Source: a virus
IMG/VR virus record: IMGVR_UViG_3300027806_000035
Location: 1-64,000 of that record
Direction: 5' to 3' (one strand)
Length of the DNA: 64,000 nucleotides
Below the pieces are notes generated by a model, which worked only from the letters and a program-made list of their open reading frames with translations, searched no databases and was not told the DNA's origin. The position numbers and the translations under genes were made by a program. This document shows positions 27,985 through 38,547 of this stretch, piece after piece (the stretch's first letter is position 1; each line of letters begins with the position of its first letter).

Positions 27985-28434
27985 TTATGGCTTTTCCGGC
28001 CAGCCAATCTCCCATGGGAAGCCGGGCTGAGATGTAATGTCCCTCAGTGCTTGGCGATATTCAGCCCAAGCATCCTTGTCGCAGGTTGCATCCCAGATCT
28101 GAGTCCAATCACTTGACGCAAGTTCAGCATTTCGCTCGCTTCTCACTTCGGCAGCCTTTGCTTCCGTCCTCGCGGAAACTTCCTCGCTACTTGCGTCCTC
28201 AATATCCCATTGCTGAACCCAGATCCCATCTACCAAGACGGCAGTTCTGCTGATGGCGTTTTGCCAGTAATCAATAAGAGGCTGCGCAACGGGAAGGGCT
28301 TCTTCGTAACCTTCCGGGGCTTCAAACGGAATCGGGAAGCTCGTTTCAGGAAAGCGAGCAATGATCTGCCGCTCGTAAAGCGGAAATTCTGCAACCTCTT
28401 CACCTTCAAGACGGAGAAAGATTCTGGCTGTCAT
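27985..28434 (-). CDS. Tail fibre assembly chaperone-like protein
   Basis: R.ERN..L..SDWTQ..D..AW..YRQALRDI..QPGFP..I.WP.KP. Confidence 0.85.
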   Translation of the reverse strand: MTARIFLRLEGEEVAEFPLYERQIIARFPETSFPIPFEAPEGYEEALPVAQPLIDYWQNAISRTAVLVDGIWVQQWDIEDASSEEVSARTEAKAAEVRSERNAELASSDWTQIWDATCDKDAWAEYRQALRDITSQPGFPWEIGWPEKP

Positions 28435-28474
28435 TGCTCACTGAAATGCTTAAGCAAAGCATAGCTCAAGTGAG

Positions 28475-29146
28475 CTAGAGGGCGATCCTCCGAAACGCTC
28501 TAACTGATCCCGTGTTTCCGCTTGGCGAGACAGCTGGCGACTCTCCATTGGAAAAGCTCAGTCTATGCGTATTGTTGAAAAGGCTATCGTAAGTAGAGGT
28601 CCAGTGCCCGTTTGCCATAAAAGCCTGCGCATTGCCAGACTGAAAAAGTGTCAATGCGGTCTGAGATGGCGTTCCAGAGGAGTAATTTGAATTTGATAAT
28701 GGGACTGAATACTGGTTGACGCCGTAGAAGGTTGAGTTCGTTTGCGTGGTCGGCTTGAGATTTCGATACGCTATCCCAAGTTCACTCAGGGACGGCAAAT
28801 ACCAATCCGTAAATCCTCCTATACTCAGCCCAATGCAAAACTGAGCAGCAAGAAATGTAGAGATGCCAATCTCAATCATCCTGTCCGTGTTCAGCCTTCC
28901 ATCGTAAACGCTTGTAATTGTTGGCTGCGAATTACCATTGCTGGAATTGCTGTAGGCTGTCGTAAGCGTATAACCACTGCCGCTTGCGCCTGTTTCAGCC
29001 GGAGCAATGATCAGGGCATGTGTTGCAATGCCATTCGCGCTGTGGCTTATGTATCCGGCGAAATAGCCACCACCAGTAGCCTCACCAAGCGTAAAGCTTG
29101 CCGGTGACCTGGACGAAGCAAAAAGGCGAAATGTATTTGGATCCAT
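28475..29146 (-). CDS. DUF1566 / C-type-lectin-fold tail adhesin
   Basis: GGYFAG; AAQFC..L.IGG.TDWYLPS..EL; W[TS]ST; VRAFRR. Confidence 0.75.
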   Translation of the reverse strand: MDPNTFRLFASSRSPASFTLGEATGGGYFAGYISHSANGIATHALIIAPAETGASGSGYTLTTAYSNSSNGNSQPTITSVYDGRLNTDRMIEIGISTFLAAQFCIGLSIGGFTDWYLPSLSELGIAYRNLKPTTQTNSTFYGVNQYSVPLSNSNYSSGTPSQTALTLFQSGNAQAFMANGHWTSTYDSLFNNTHRLSFSNGESPAVSPSGNTGSVRAFRRIAL

Positions 29147-29151
29147 GTTGA

Positions 29152-31635
29152 TCAGTTTGCGTAGTTGACGAGGGAAGACGCTCTCCAGCGAGTGCCGCCA
29201 TCATCAGTGATAAACATGAAGAGATGAGTCTTCCCAGTTGTCAAAGATGGAGCTGTTCCATTTGGCCACTCAACACCGCTAAACCAAGTAATTGAGCCGC
29301 TTGTGTGCGTGATCTCAAGGGTAAAGCTATATGCTCTACTGGCTGGAACATTGCTAACGGTGAAAGTAACCGAGGAGGAAATCGTTTTCGCAAAATAGTT
29401 ACCAGCCGAACAGTCAATGTTTAGTGATGGGACGGCGACTGGAACCTGCGCATAGGTGCCGTTAACGTCAAGATCTGTATTGGCCGCTGCACTTGCTTGG
29501 CCAATGGCAACCGATCCACTTGTTGAAATGTTGCCAGTAGTGCTGATGTTGCCGTAGGTGATAGCTGCACCGCTGACCTTGCCAGGGGTTGTGATGTCAC
29601 CAAGCTTGCTCTGGTCGATTGAGCCAGCCAACATAGTGTTGGTAACTGTCCCCGTATCAGCGCTTGTGATGATGGTTCCACTGACGTTGGGAGCCGTCAA
29701 CGTCCTCGAAGCCGAAAGCGACGCCGGAACGATCTCAAGCACGAACGAGCCCGTGCCACCGCCGCGACCACGAAGCAGAATGCCGTCCTGTGTTGCAGCC
29801 TGCCTGAAGGTCTGACCGGTTACGTTCGTGAAGGTATTGGCGCCAGTGAGCGCATTGTTACCGCCAGTGCTAATGCTATCCGTGATTCCATATCCAGAAA
29901 GCGTTGTCGGCTTGCTTGTAATATTTTCAAAGGCATAACCAGTGCAATAGACAAGGTTGCCGGATTGCGGTGTTCCGAGAACTGGGGACAGCAGCGTCGG
30001 GCTGTTGCTGAGCACCACGCTGCCGATCCCTGTGCTGGTCGTGACGCCCGTGCCGCCGTTGGCCACAGCCAAGGTTCCAGCGAGCGTCACAGCGCCCGTG
30101 GAGGCCGCTGACGGCGTGAGGCCGGTCGTTCCACCCGAGAAGCTGCTGACGCCGGCTGTGGTCGTCGGAGGGACCGTCCAGGTGCCGTCAGCCCGCAGGA
30201 AGTTCGTGGTTCCGCCGCCGCTCGCGGGCGCCAGCCCAGCAATGCTGTTGCTGAACAGTGGAATCTCGGCATCTGATCCGGTGCTGCTTTCAATCGTTCT
30301 GTTGTATCCAGACCATGTAAGATTGGTCGGAACGTTGACTTGTGCTCCAGTCTCAATTCCGTTGAGCTTCACCTTGTCAGCGCCGCTCATGCTGCCAGCG
30401 GCACTGGTTGTTGCAGCACTGATTGAAACAGACGGAGTTGATCCGCTGCTGACAGAAATTGGCGCAACGCCACTGATGCTGGTGATCGCAACAGAGCTTG
30501 AGAATGAAATAACTCCTGTATTCGAGTCGTAAGTCAGATCGCCGCTAGCGCTGATTGCATTGCGAGCACGCGCTTGCGTAAAGTACAGATTCGTCGTTCC
30601 TTCCGTGATCGCATCCGAATTAGTCGGAATCGCGGAACTCGGTAGCAGGCTGGTTGGAATCTTCCCGCCAGAATCCAGCCTCGCAAGGCCGTTGGCGACG
30701 TTCATCGAAAGGGAGATGTTTCTTGCGAAAGTCCAGTCACCATTGCCATCCTTCGTGGCAACTCCGCTAACAGAGAAGGGCTGACCGGACTCTGATGTTA
30801 CGTTTGTAATATAACGGCTGCCAGCAAATTCCTTGACGGCGAATTGAGTTGGCGCAGTATTTGCATCGACCTGACCAGTAGACGCAACAAGTGACGTATT
30901 GTTGCTGATCTCCCGAAGCTGTGCTCCAACGGTTGTGACACCGTTATCGCGGCTAAGGGGACCGACCGTGTAAAGCGTGGAAGATCCAGAGCCGCTACCG
31001 CTTGAACTGCCGCTGACAATCAGCGTTCCGGTTGAGCCGTTGACACGTCCAACCCTGGCGACAATTTGCTTGTAGCCACCGGGCTCAGAACTCGTCAGGC
31101 CACCGCTTTGACCAACGTACAGAGCTTGATTTGCTTGCCAGCCAGGAAAAACGGTGTTGTATCCGGTGATTTGTCCAACAAGAATTCCATTACCTTCGGC
31201 ATTGACAGAGAGGGAATCTGCAATAAGTCCAATTGCCGGACCTTTTGCAGTGTCTGAGGCCATTGCCTTCTTGACCTCGACTGCCTCGCCACCGCTGGCA
31301 GTTCCGCTGATGTAGAAGGGGGTTCCCTTGGCAAGAGTTTCTGTATCTGTATTCTTGACCTTGATATAAAGCGAGCCGGAAACATCCGCTTCAATCTGAC
31401 CGGCTTCAAGCAGCCCAGTGATGGTCAGATTCTGGAAGGTTGGGCTGGCCGAGAAGTCAAACAGATATTCAAGATTGGCGAAAGTCGTTACACCGTCACC
31501 AATCTTGATCCATCTTGACTGGTCAGTCTTGATTTCAATCGCAATTTCACCAGCTGCAACCACAAATGGATTTACAGCGGCCCACTCAGCAGTTGTGCCA
31601 ACAAGATGACGAGTCCGCGCCAGCTGCTCAGTCAT
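29152..31635 (-). CDS. Tail fibre protein
   Basis: Mtd-N-like start (TAEWAAVNP..AGEI..KIGDG); EGTTNLYFT.ARAR; GGTG repeats; C-terminal ITW..V.WP.G.AP.L. Confidence 0.85.
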   Translation of the reverse strand: MTEQLARTRHLVGTTAEWAAVNPFVVAAGEIAIEIKTDQSRWIKIGDGVTTFANLEYLFDFSASPTFQNLTITGLLEAGQIEADVSGSLYIKVKNTDTETLAKGTPFYISGTASGGEAVEVKKAMASDTAKGPAIGLIADSLSVNAEGNGILVGQITGYNTVFPGWQANQALYVGQSGGLTSSEPGGYKQIVARVGRVNGSTGTLIVSGSSSGSGSGSSTLYTVGPLSRDNGVTTVGAQLREISNNTSLVASTGQVDANTAPTQFAVKEFAGSRYITNVTSESGQPFSVSGVATKDGNGDWTFARNISLSMNVANGLARLDSGGKIPTSLLPSSAIPTNSDAITEGTTNLYFTQARARNAISASGDLTYDSNTGVISFSSSVAITSISGVAPISVSSGSTPSVSISAATTSAAGSMSGADKVKLNGIETGAQVNVPTNLTWSGYNRTIESSTGSDAEIPLFSNSIAGLAPASGGGTTNFLRADGTWTVPPTTTAGVSSFSGGTTGLTPSAASTGAVTLAGTLAVANGGTGVTTSTGIGSVVLSNSPTLLSPVLGTPQSGNLVYCTGYAFENITSKPTTLSGYGITDSISTGGNNALTGANTFTNVTGQTFRQAATQDGILLRGRGGGTGSFVLEIVPASLSASRTLTAPNVSGTIITSADTGTVTNTMLAGSIDQSKLGDITTPGKVSGAAITYGNISTTGNISTSGSVAIGQASAAANTDLDVNGTYAQVPVAVPSLNIDCSAGNYFAKTISSSVTFTVSNVPASRAYSFTLEITHTSGSITWFSGVEWPNGTAPSLTTGKTHLFMFITDDGGTRWRASSLVNYAN

Positions 31636-31696
31636 TGATTCTAACGTCTTAGACGTACTACTGCTTCAAGGCAACTGTAGCCAAGACGCTCAATGG

Positions 31697-32965
31697 CTAC
31701 TGCTGGAACACACCGACGTAGACGGTTCCTTTGTCGCAAAGGGGAAGAATTCTGTCCCTGCAATCAATGTTGTGGACGCGGATGCAGCCAAGTGTCGGGT
31801 GCAGTGTTTGACGTTCTGCCCATGCTCCAGGCCATCCACATGCACTCCCGCCGCCGTGCGTCATAATCCCAGCTCTGCCATTAACAGCTTCCTGATTTTC
31901 AAGCTCAATCATGTCGAATGAATACCAGCCATACGACTGAGCGGTATCTGATTGAGGGGGATTCGGATTAGTCTCGTAATCTCGGTAGATCTGACCGATC
32001 TTGTAAAGTCCCGGAGGTGTATCGCCACCGGTTCTCTTCCAGTCAGAGTGCTGGCCGCTTGCAAGGCAGGGAATCTTCCACAATAGATTGCCTTCGTGGT
32101 CGTATGCCTCCATGTCACGATCGCGATCATTGACAAGCAGGTAGCTGTCTCCAGGTTTGACGGGAGCAGCAATCTTGGGGCCGGTCAGACCTTCTTCCTC
32201 TTTGCCGCGAGGGTCAAGTCCTGCGGGTTTCGGCTTTTCTTCTTGAACGCCAGAAGGAATAGCTCGCGTTGCTTTTTCAAAGTAAGCTTCGCGTTCATCG
32301 AGCCCATTAGCTGGATCTCTACCATTCACTTTTGCGCTGACTTGCCTGCAGCTTGCGCCATTGTCAACAAAGGAATTGATGGCATTGAGATGCCACCAAA
32401 AACCAGCTGACGTGAACGGATACGTATTGGCAACATACTGGCAGCCAAGCATCACATCCTTGTCGCCAAGGAAGTCTGAAAGACGCTGATAGTTGTATCT
32501 GCCAGTGAGCTGCAATGCGCCGGCTCCCTTGAACCTTGGTCCATCGCCAACCTGGGTGTTGCCCAGATCCTTGCGCCCCTCGTAAGCGTCGCCAGACGCA
32601 AGCTCCATCATCCAGCGCAGGCCGCCGGATTCATGCGCCACCTGGGCCAAGAAGTGGCGGATCCTGGCCGGCGTGTTGATCGAGAACCGCTGCAGGCAGG
32701 CGTTCAGGTCATCGACCTGGGTCTGGCTCGGCATCCGGCCGAACACAACGGCTGCCTGGTGGATCGAAACCAGCTCCTTGCCGGTTGGCGCGTCCTGCTC
32801 GTCCCAGGCGCCGCTCCAGATCTCGTAGAGCTTCCCGTCCCGGTCAAGGGCGGCAGGCTCCACGGCGACCAGGCGGACCAAGGCTTCCTTGACGAAATCG
32901 CGATGGCGACGAAGCTCGGAATTCAGGTTGTCGGCAAAATCGGCAGGAACTGGTTGATTGCTCAT
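31697..32965 (-). CDS. Endolysin: GH19 (chitinase-like muramidase) fused to a YkuD / L,D-transpeptidase-like domain
   Basis: HFLAQVAHESGG, YEGR.DLGN..GDG.RFKG.G.LQLTGR.NY; then DTPPGLY..GIMTHGG..TLGCIR. Confidence 0.85.
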   Translation of the reverse strand: MSNQPVPADFADNLNSELRRHRDFVKEALVRLVAVEPAALDRDGKLYEIWSGAWDEQDAPTGKELVSIHQAAVVFGRMPSQTQVDDLNACLQRFSINTPARIRHFLAQVAHESGGLRWMMELASGDAYEGRKDLGNTQVGDGPRFKGAGALQLTGRYNYQRLSDFLGDKDVMLGCQYVANTYPFTSAGFWWHLNAINSFVDNGASCRQVSAKVNGRDPANGLDEREAYFEKATRAIPSGVQEEKPKPAGLDPRGKEEEGLTGPKIAAPVKPGDSYLLVNDRDRDMEAYDHEGNLLWKIPCLASGQHSDWKRTGGDTPPGLYKIGQIYRDYETNPNPPQSDTAQSYGWYSFDMIELENQEAVNGRAGIMTHGGGSACGWPGAWAERQTLHPTLGCIRVHNIDCRDRILPLCDKGTVYVGVFQQ

Positions 32966-32984
32966 TGCTTGGTATGGGAGTGAT

Positions 32985-35900
32985 TCAAACCTTCACGACA
33001 ACGATCATGCCATGAGCTTCGTGCTCGTTGATCAGCGAGCTTGCGGATGGCGATCCAGCAGGGGCGAACTGCTTGTAGAGATAGTAGATGTTGTGCAGCC
33101 CTGGCGGCATTGCTTTCGCCCACTGCGAACCAGAGGTTGTATCAACGGTTCTGTTTTCTCCATAGAAAGCGTCGGCAGCTGGCGACGATTGACTGTTGAC
33201 ACCTGGCGCAACGTAAGCAATCACGTTGTTTACGTCAGTGGTTGGGTTGTTGTAAATATCAAGAAATGCCGTCACGAGCGTATTGGATGCCTGCACCCAG
33301 CTAATTCTTGGAGCAACGGGATAGACAGACGAAGGAGCGACGGACCAGTTAAGGCTTGGGACGTTCCAAGAATTCCCAAAGAAGTAAACAGCCCGAGCGT
33401 CGTACAGGTTGTAGAAGTTGGCTAAGTAGATGCGGGGGAAGTTGGCACTCCCAGATCCCTGAATCGTTCCGCCAAGGTCAATCGTGCTAGTTCCGGCCGA
33501 GGTAGTGCGAAGCACGCCAACAAAGCGTCTGGACGGATCACCATTTTTCACGATCACGCCGTCTCTGTCGCCCCTGGTTGGCATGACGGTATCACTTGGC
33601 CATGCCGTATAGTCAACTGCGAGTGTTGGACTTTGGGTGCTTCCAGCGTTATACAGGTAAATGTCGTAATTCCTGTTTGCAATGTTTGCTGGTGCAAAGC
33701 CGTTTCCAGCGTTGCCGGTCAGAAGGCTGAAGGCCTGCAGTCCAGAGAATCTGACAACCTGCCAACGCAGTGTTGCAGTGCTGTAAAGAGCAATCTCATT
33801 GCCGTTAAAAGGATGGACGTAGAGAGTTGTCGAATTCAGCTGGTTCTCCCCTGGCGTGCTTGAAGAAGATGAGAGGCTGAGTCGCAGGTTGACAACAGAC
33901 TTGACCGCATCACCAAGAGTTTCAATTAGTGTTGCAGGGGTGATGGCAAGATCATTACGCACAAACTCTTGAGCCTCAAGGCTGGTCGCAATCTCAATCG
34001 CACCCCTCTGAGAAGTGCTTGCGGCTGGAAGTTCTGGCAGGACGCCGCCAAATCCATTTACACCTCCCCAGTTGGGTGAACCACTGATCGTCGCATTGCC
34101 AAGATTCAGTCCGTTGTTGACGGTGAGTGTATTGACGGCAAGTTGATCAAAGAAAGTTGGGAATGCAATTTCGTCAATCGGAACATTGGAGTCGCCGATC
34201 GCCTCAAAGGAGATCTCATTGCCAGTGGCGAGATCCTGCAGGCCCTGCGGAGTTACAAGCAGCCCCTCTTCGTTGAAGCCACTTGCGTACACCCGACCAC
34301 CATCTTGATTGGTGAAGTAATAGGTGAACTTGTTGACAGCGCTCAGTTCAAGTTGGTACTCGGGCAGTGCCTTTGTGTAATTCAGCGTGCCGGCCCATTC
34401 CCAAGCATGGCCGAACAGGCGAATGTTCGACGGGCGGCGGAACTCAACAGGCCAGTTGCTCCAGCTCGTTGCAGCACCAGATGGAGCGGCAATGCCATCA
34501 AGAGCTGCATTTGGATTGCGCTCACGGGTGGCGGCAACCTTCGGTAGCAAGATTGTGTGAGCGTTTGACGAGCTGAAGCCAAGGCTCATCAGGAACGAAT
34601 GAATACCGAGATAGTCGGTGGCGGATCTGTACTGAGCCTGAATCAGCGAATCAGACGACCAAACAGTTGTGAGGTTATAGCCGCAATTGATCGTGCCATC
34701 GTTGGCATCGGTGTCGTTGTCAAAGATGACAGCAGGCTGACTGTTCTTCCAGTAATCCTCAGGGTTGTAGAGGGTGTCCATGTGGACATAGGCCTGTTCC
34801 CACTTTTCGAGAGAGAATGAGGTATCGGTGTTCTGAATCTTGCAGCTCCACTTCTTGCCCTGGTAGGAAACGCAGTCGCCGGGACGATACAGCTGTCCAG
34901 AGAGCCAGTTGCGAAGCGGATTGCTACGACGAAGCTCAACGGACGCTGAACGAGTCACGCCATTCTGTTCGGGAGCAACAGAGTTGCCGATAGCAACAGT
35001 GAGAATTGCGCTATCTGGAATGTTGCCAACGATACCACTGCTACCAGGGCTGGTCTGCAGGATGTAGTCACGAACTGGAGTCCGCGACAGGACATTGGTA
35101 TTGTTGACGCGCAGCGAATAGCGGCGTTCGTCAATCGAGCGCGTATCTTGCAGGCGGCGAACGTAGATCCTTGCGCCAGCCAGATCGGGCCAGCTCTGGC
35201 CAGTGCTCAGGCCTTGCGAGTTCAGAATCGCATCGCCAGGCTTGATGCCGTTCTGATCTTGAAAGACAGCGGTAACAGTGATGACATCGGGCTGCGCCGG
35301 ATTCCATGCAGTTCCGGTAAGACGAGCGCGATAGTCAAGTCCTCTTGCATTTTCAATCCAGATGAAGGAGTTGCCCTTCAGCGAGTATCCGTCACGCGCA
35401 AGTGATGCAGGGGTTCCTGGGCTGGAAATGCTGTCAGTCAGTGGAACTGTCAGCGTGATTGAGGTTGCGTTGTTTGCGACACCTTCGTCAACGACGCCAA
35501 GATAGATCTTGCGAACGTTGTTGCGCTTTTCTGTCAGATCGGTTGCAACACGGATTGATCCGACGTTCCAGTTCGAGTCACTGACAAATGCGGCATTCTT
35601 ATAGCCCTCGGCGATCGCAGCGCATCCGCCGAAGTTGCTGTTGCTATTTGTGATAGTGATTTCACCACCGGAATCAACCCAGTGGTGGACACCTTGGCCA
35701 ATCGCAAAAACGGAAACCTCTTGGATGATCGCATCGTTGATGCAGCGAATATGGAAGCTCCGGCGTGCCGGATTCATCCGCACATCATCGGGATCACTGT
35801 TGATCAGGTCGTTGTAGCCAGTGAAGTAGTTGCCCCACTGCGGACTCTGATTCGATGCGTATTTCTGCCAGCAGGACAGGTCGCGCTGCAGGCTGACGCC

Positions 35901-36926
35901 AGTGAACTGCGCCGTCACCATCGACTTAAAGCCGGAAGGCTTGGAGCCGTCAGCAAAAATGCCGCAGATACCGTAGTTGCTTCGGATTGAGCAGTTGAAG
36001 ATGTACGGAGAAGCGGAGAGAGTCGTATCAGTGTTGATTGTCTGAGCGCCAGACGCTGGCCTGGGGCCGACAATTTCGTATTCGGCCGTGCGCGTTACGG
36101 CAAGGCTGTTGTCAAGATTGCCGGTATTGTTGACGCCACCGAATGCCTGAACGATTTTGGCATAGAATTCATCAAGCTCAGCCTTACTTGCAAACTGAAA
36201 GCAGTCCAGTAGATGGTGCGAGGATGTGCTGCCGACTTGATCCATGAAGGTCATGCCGAAGTAGTATCCAGCGCCAGTCACCTTGAAGATGGCTCGGCGG
36301 TTGCTGCAGTCGGATGCCTCGTCAGCAGGCGCCGGAACCGAGCCAGGCCGAACGATCGTCTTGCGGAGGTCGATGTTGCACAGGCTCGCGCCACGGACCA
36401 GCAGGATGCCCCCGGTGCCGGAGGGGTTGAAAGCCTCCAGCTCCGCATCCGTGGGATCCTTGCCGTTCTCCCACTCGCTCACGGACGCAGCCCCGGCGCC
36501 ATTCAGGGCGTAGGAGACGCCAGGGGACAGGAAAATGCTGACGAGATCAGTATTTGCAAGAGGATTTTCGTAGTATGACTTGGCGGTGATGATACCGGCT
36601 TCAATAACAGCGCGGTTGATTGTCTTGAAGGGCCTTGCCGGTGTGTAACCGCATTCCAGGCGCTGAAGTTCAATGCGCTCAGTCGCTGATCCGCTTGTTG
36701 AGTAACTTCCGCTTACGAATCTATCACTGCCGATATATGGATTGACGTACAGGACATAGGGTGCGGACAGCGGATCACTGATGACAGCGCCAGAGCCAAT
36801 TTCAGCGCCGCCGCTCAGCTGGCGAACAGCATCGGTGATCGCTGCAACCTGAGCGCGAACAGTGCCTTGCGAGCTGTTGATGTTGTCGAAAGAGCCGACC
36901 TGGCCACTGCGGACAATCTTGGTCAC
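32985..36926 (-). CDS. Large tail spike / fibre protein (beta-helix, CBM5/12-like module)
   Basis: LYVNP..G.D..PFKTI.RA; W..G.LY.PGD.VSYQGK.W; AS.SQRG.IEIAT. Confidence 0.7.
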   Translation of the reverse strand: MTKIVRSGQVGSFDNINSSQGTVRAQVAAITDAVRQLSGGAEIGSGAVISDPLSAPYVLYVNPYIGSDRFVSGSYSTSGSATERIELQRLECGYTPARPFKTINRAVIEAGIITAKSYYENPLANTDLVSIFLSPGVSYALNGAGAASVSEWENGKDPTDAELEAFNPSGTGGILLVRGASLCNIDLRKTIVRPGSVPAPADEASDCSNRRAIFKVTGAGYYFGMTFMDQVGSTSSHHLLDCFQFASKAELDEFYAKIVQAFGGVNNTGNLDNSLAVTRTAEYEIVGPRPASGAQTINTDTTLSASPYIFNCSIRSNYGICGIFADGSKPSGFKSMVTAQFTGVSLQRDLSCWQKYASNQSPQWGNYFTGYNDLINSDPDDVRMNPARRSFHIRCINDAIIQEVSVFAIGQGVHHWVDSGGEITITNSNSNFGGCAAIAEGYKNAAFVSDSNWNVGSIRVATDLTEKRNNVRKIYLGVVDEGVANNATSITLTVPLTDSISSPGTPASLARDGYSLKGNSFIWIENARGLDYRARLTGTAWNPAQPDVITVTAVFQDQNGIKPGDAILNSQGLSTGQSWPDLAGARIYVRRLQDTRSIDERRYSLRVNNTNVLSRTPVRDYILQTSPGSSGIVGNIPDSAILTVAIGNSVAPEQNGVTRSASVELRRSNPLRNWLSGQLYRPGDCVSYQGKKWSCKIQNTDTSFSLEKWEQAYVHMDTLYNPEDYWKNSQPAVIFDNDTDANDGTINCGYNLTTVWSSDSLIQAQYRSATDYLGIHSFLMSLGFSSSNAHTILLPKVAATRERNPNAALDGIAAPSGAATSWSNWPVEFRRPSNIRLFGHAWEWAGTLNYTKALPEYQLELSAVNKFTYYFTNQDGGRVYASGFNEEGLLVTPQGLQDLATGNEISFEAIGDSNVPIDEIAFPTFFDQLAVNTLTVNNGLNLGNATISGSPNWGGVNGFGGVLPELPAASTSQRGAIEIATSLEAQEFVRNDLAITPATLIETLGDAVKSVVNLRLSLSSSSSTPGENQLNSTTLYVHPFNGNEIALYSTATLRWQVVRFSGLQAFSLLTGNAGNGFAPANIANRNYDIYLYNAGSTQSPTLAVDYTAWPSDTVMPTRGDRDGVIVKNGDPSRRFVGVLRTTSAGTSTIDLGGTIQGSGSANFPRIYLANFYNLYDARAVYFFGNSWNVPSLNWSVAPSSVYPVAPRISWVQASNTLVTAFLDIYNNPTTDVNNVIAYVAPGVNSQSSPAADAFYGENRTVDTTSGSQWAKAMPPGLHNIYYLYKQFAPAGSPSASSLINEHEAHGMIVVVKV

Positions 36927-36985
36927 AGCACAAGCGCGTCAATACGCACAGTGTAGATGCGCTGAGATTGAGCCAGTTGGCAAGT

Positions 36986-38146
36986 CTAGGAGAAGGGGCC
37001 GATCAATGGCTTGATGCCAATTCCATCTTTATCCTTGACGACGACGAACTGAGAAGAGTAGTTGATCGCTTCGTCTACGGAAGCTCCGATTTCACCGGGG
37101 CCAAGCAGAATGTCGGCTTCAATCCATACGGCATCCTCTTTCTCGCAACCAACGGATCGCTGATCCTGAACGCGAAGGCGGACTCTTGCCTTTGATCCAG
37201 TTTCGGTCATCAACATCAACCTGATGAAGCCTCTTGCATCAAAACTGCCAGAGCCTGGATTGCTGACAGGTATGAATCCATTGAAGCTTCCAGATCCCCT
37301 GACCACATCTTTGACGCTATCACCAAAGTCTTCGCCAATAGCAGTCGTGTCGAGAACTGTTGGATCGGTTTGCAGCGTCCATTCGCGGCAGCCAACAAGA
37401 ATCGACCAGCCACGCTGCTCCGGGTCATCGGCAACGCTTGTCATTTCTTCCGGTAGGTCGATATAAGCGCTTGCCCCCTGCTCTCGTTGAGGCATTTCCT
37501 CAAACAGAAACTCTCCAAGAGCTTCAAACGCAATTTGGTAGTCGGTTGACGAGCTGTAGGGAGCAATCAGCAGATTTTTGTAGTCAACATTTGAGAAAGT
37601 GATTAACTGGTCTGGACTTCTATTGATCGCTCCGTTTTCAGAGGTATAAAAAGTAATGCGATCAAGCTGATCACGATTGACGTAGGCTTCAATCACCCGG
37701 TCAAAACCTGTCGTCAGCTGCGTTTCCCAAAAACCGGCGGAAATCGTGTAAGCGAAGAAGTCGTCAGCGGGATCCTGAAGCGTGCCAGGAACAATGAAGT
37801 CATCGGCTGGATCACCAGGTGTCCCTGGATTGACCATCAGCGGTGCAACGTCTGACTTCCAGAAAATCGTGTTTCCGCTTCCCCTGTGAGCGGTTTCAGG
37901 CCCCTGTGCCCAGCTACTGCCACCCCAAAATCTGTGCCCTTCTGGACACGGGGCGTATTGCTGGCTGGAGGTTCTTACAGGAAAGCCGAGGTACGAATAG
38001 ATCAGGACTCTCTGGCCGGTCCAGAAAGCCTTGTCTTGGCAGAAGATCGCATTGGATCCAGCCCTGCTGGACTGCGGGAAAACGGTGGGCTCAGGCCATT
38101 CCCGGCTGAGCTGCACATAGCCGCCGTAGCCAAGAATGACAGACAT
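36986..38146 (-). CDS. Minor tail protein with C-terminal tail-tube-like domain
   Basis: REWTL..LDTTAIGEDF..GSGSF resembles RDWSL..IDVTTIG of the major tail protein. Confidence 0.6.
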   Translation of the reverse strand: MSVILGYGGYVQLSREWPEPTVFPQSSRAGSNAIFCQDKAFWTGQRVLIYSYLGFPVRTSSQQYAPCPEGHRFWGGSSWAQGPETAHRGSGNTIFWKSDVAPLMVNPGTPGDPADDFIVPGTLQDPADDFFAYTISAGFWETQLTTGFDRVIEAYVNRDQLDRITFYTSENGAINRSPDQLITFSNVDYKNLLIAPYSSSTDYQIAFEALGEFLFEEMPQREQGASAYIDLPEEMTSVADDPEQRGWSILVGCREWTLQTDPTVLDTTAIGEDFGDSVKDVVRGSGSFNGFIPVSNPGSGSFDARGFIRLMLMTETGSKARVRLRVQDQRSVGCEKEDAVWIEADILLGPGEIGASVDEAINYSSQFVVVKDKDGIGIKPLIGPFS

Positions 38147-38547
38147 CAGAAGGAACCGGTGATAGGACCGCTGAACTGAATCGAGATGCTGATGCGCAGC
38201 AGATCACCAACAGAAACAGATGCACCGCGAGAGGTGATGATTGCCGTTCCTTCACGCGAGCCGTTGCTGGTATTCTTGATCCACTCAATCTTCAGCGTAC
38301 CATCGGTCGTGTTGTTTTGATCAATGGCGTTGATCAGTCCTGCAGCAACCGAATCAGATGGATCGTAAAACAGTGTACCAGAAAACGTGTTATTCCTCAG
38401 CTTGCTGCTGACGTATGTTCGATCGCTGGCACCAAGCGCCGTAGTTTCAAGTGCGGGCTTCTCGGTTGGCTGTTCAGCAGAAATGAAGCTGCCGACATGC
38501 TGGCCGTTCCAGTAGACGTATGCGTCTGCGCCGGTTGCAATGCCCAT
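38146..38547 (-). CDS. Short tail-tube-like protein
   Basis: LETTALG..RTYV..SGTLFYD..ISIQFSG. Confidence 0.65.
   Translation of the reverse strand: MGIATGADAYVYWNGQHVGSFISAEQPTEKPALETTALGASDRTYVSSKLRNNTFSGTLFYDPSDSVAAGLINAIDQNNTTDGTLKIEWIKNTSNGSREGTAIITSRGASVSVGDLLRISISIQFSGPITGSF

Noticed and set aside
28475-29146. Complete diversity-generating retroelement
   Set aside because: No reverse transcriptase or template repeat seen in the window
35611-35618. HIP1 octamer GCGATCGC as a host-type repeat
   Set aside because: Only an isolated occurrence noticed; no evidence of enrichment
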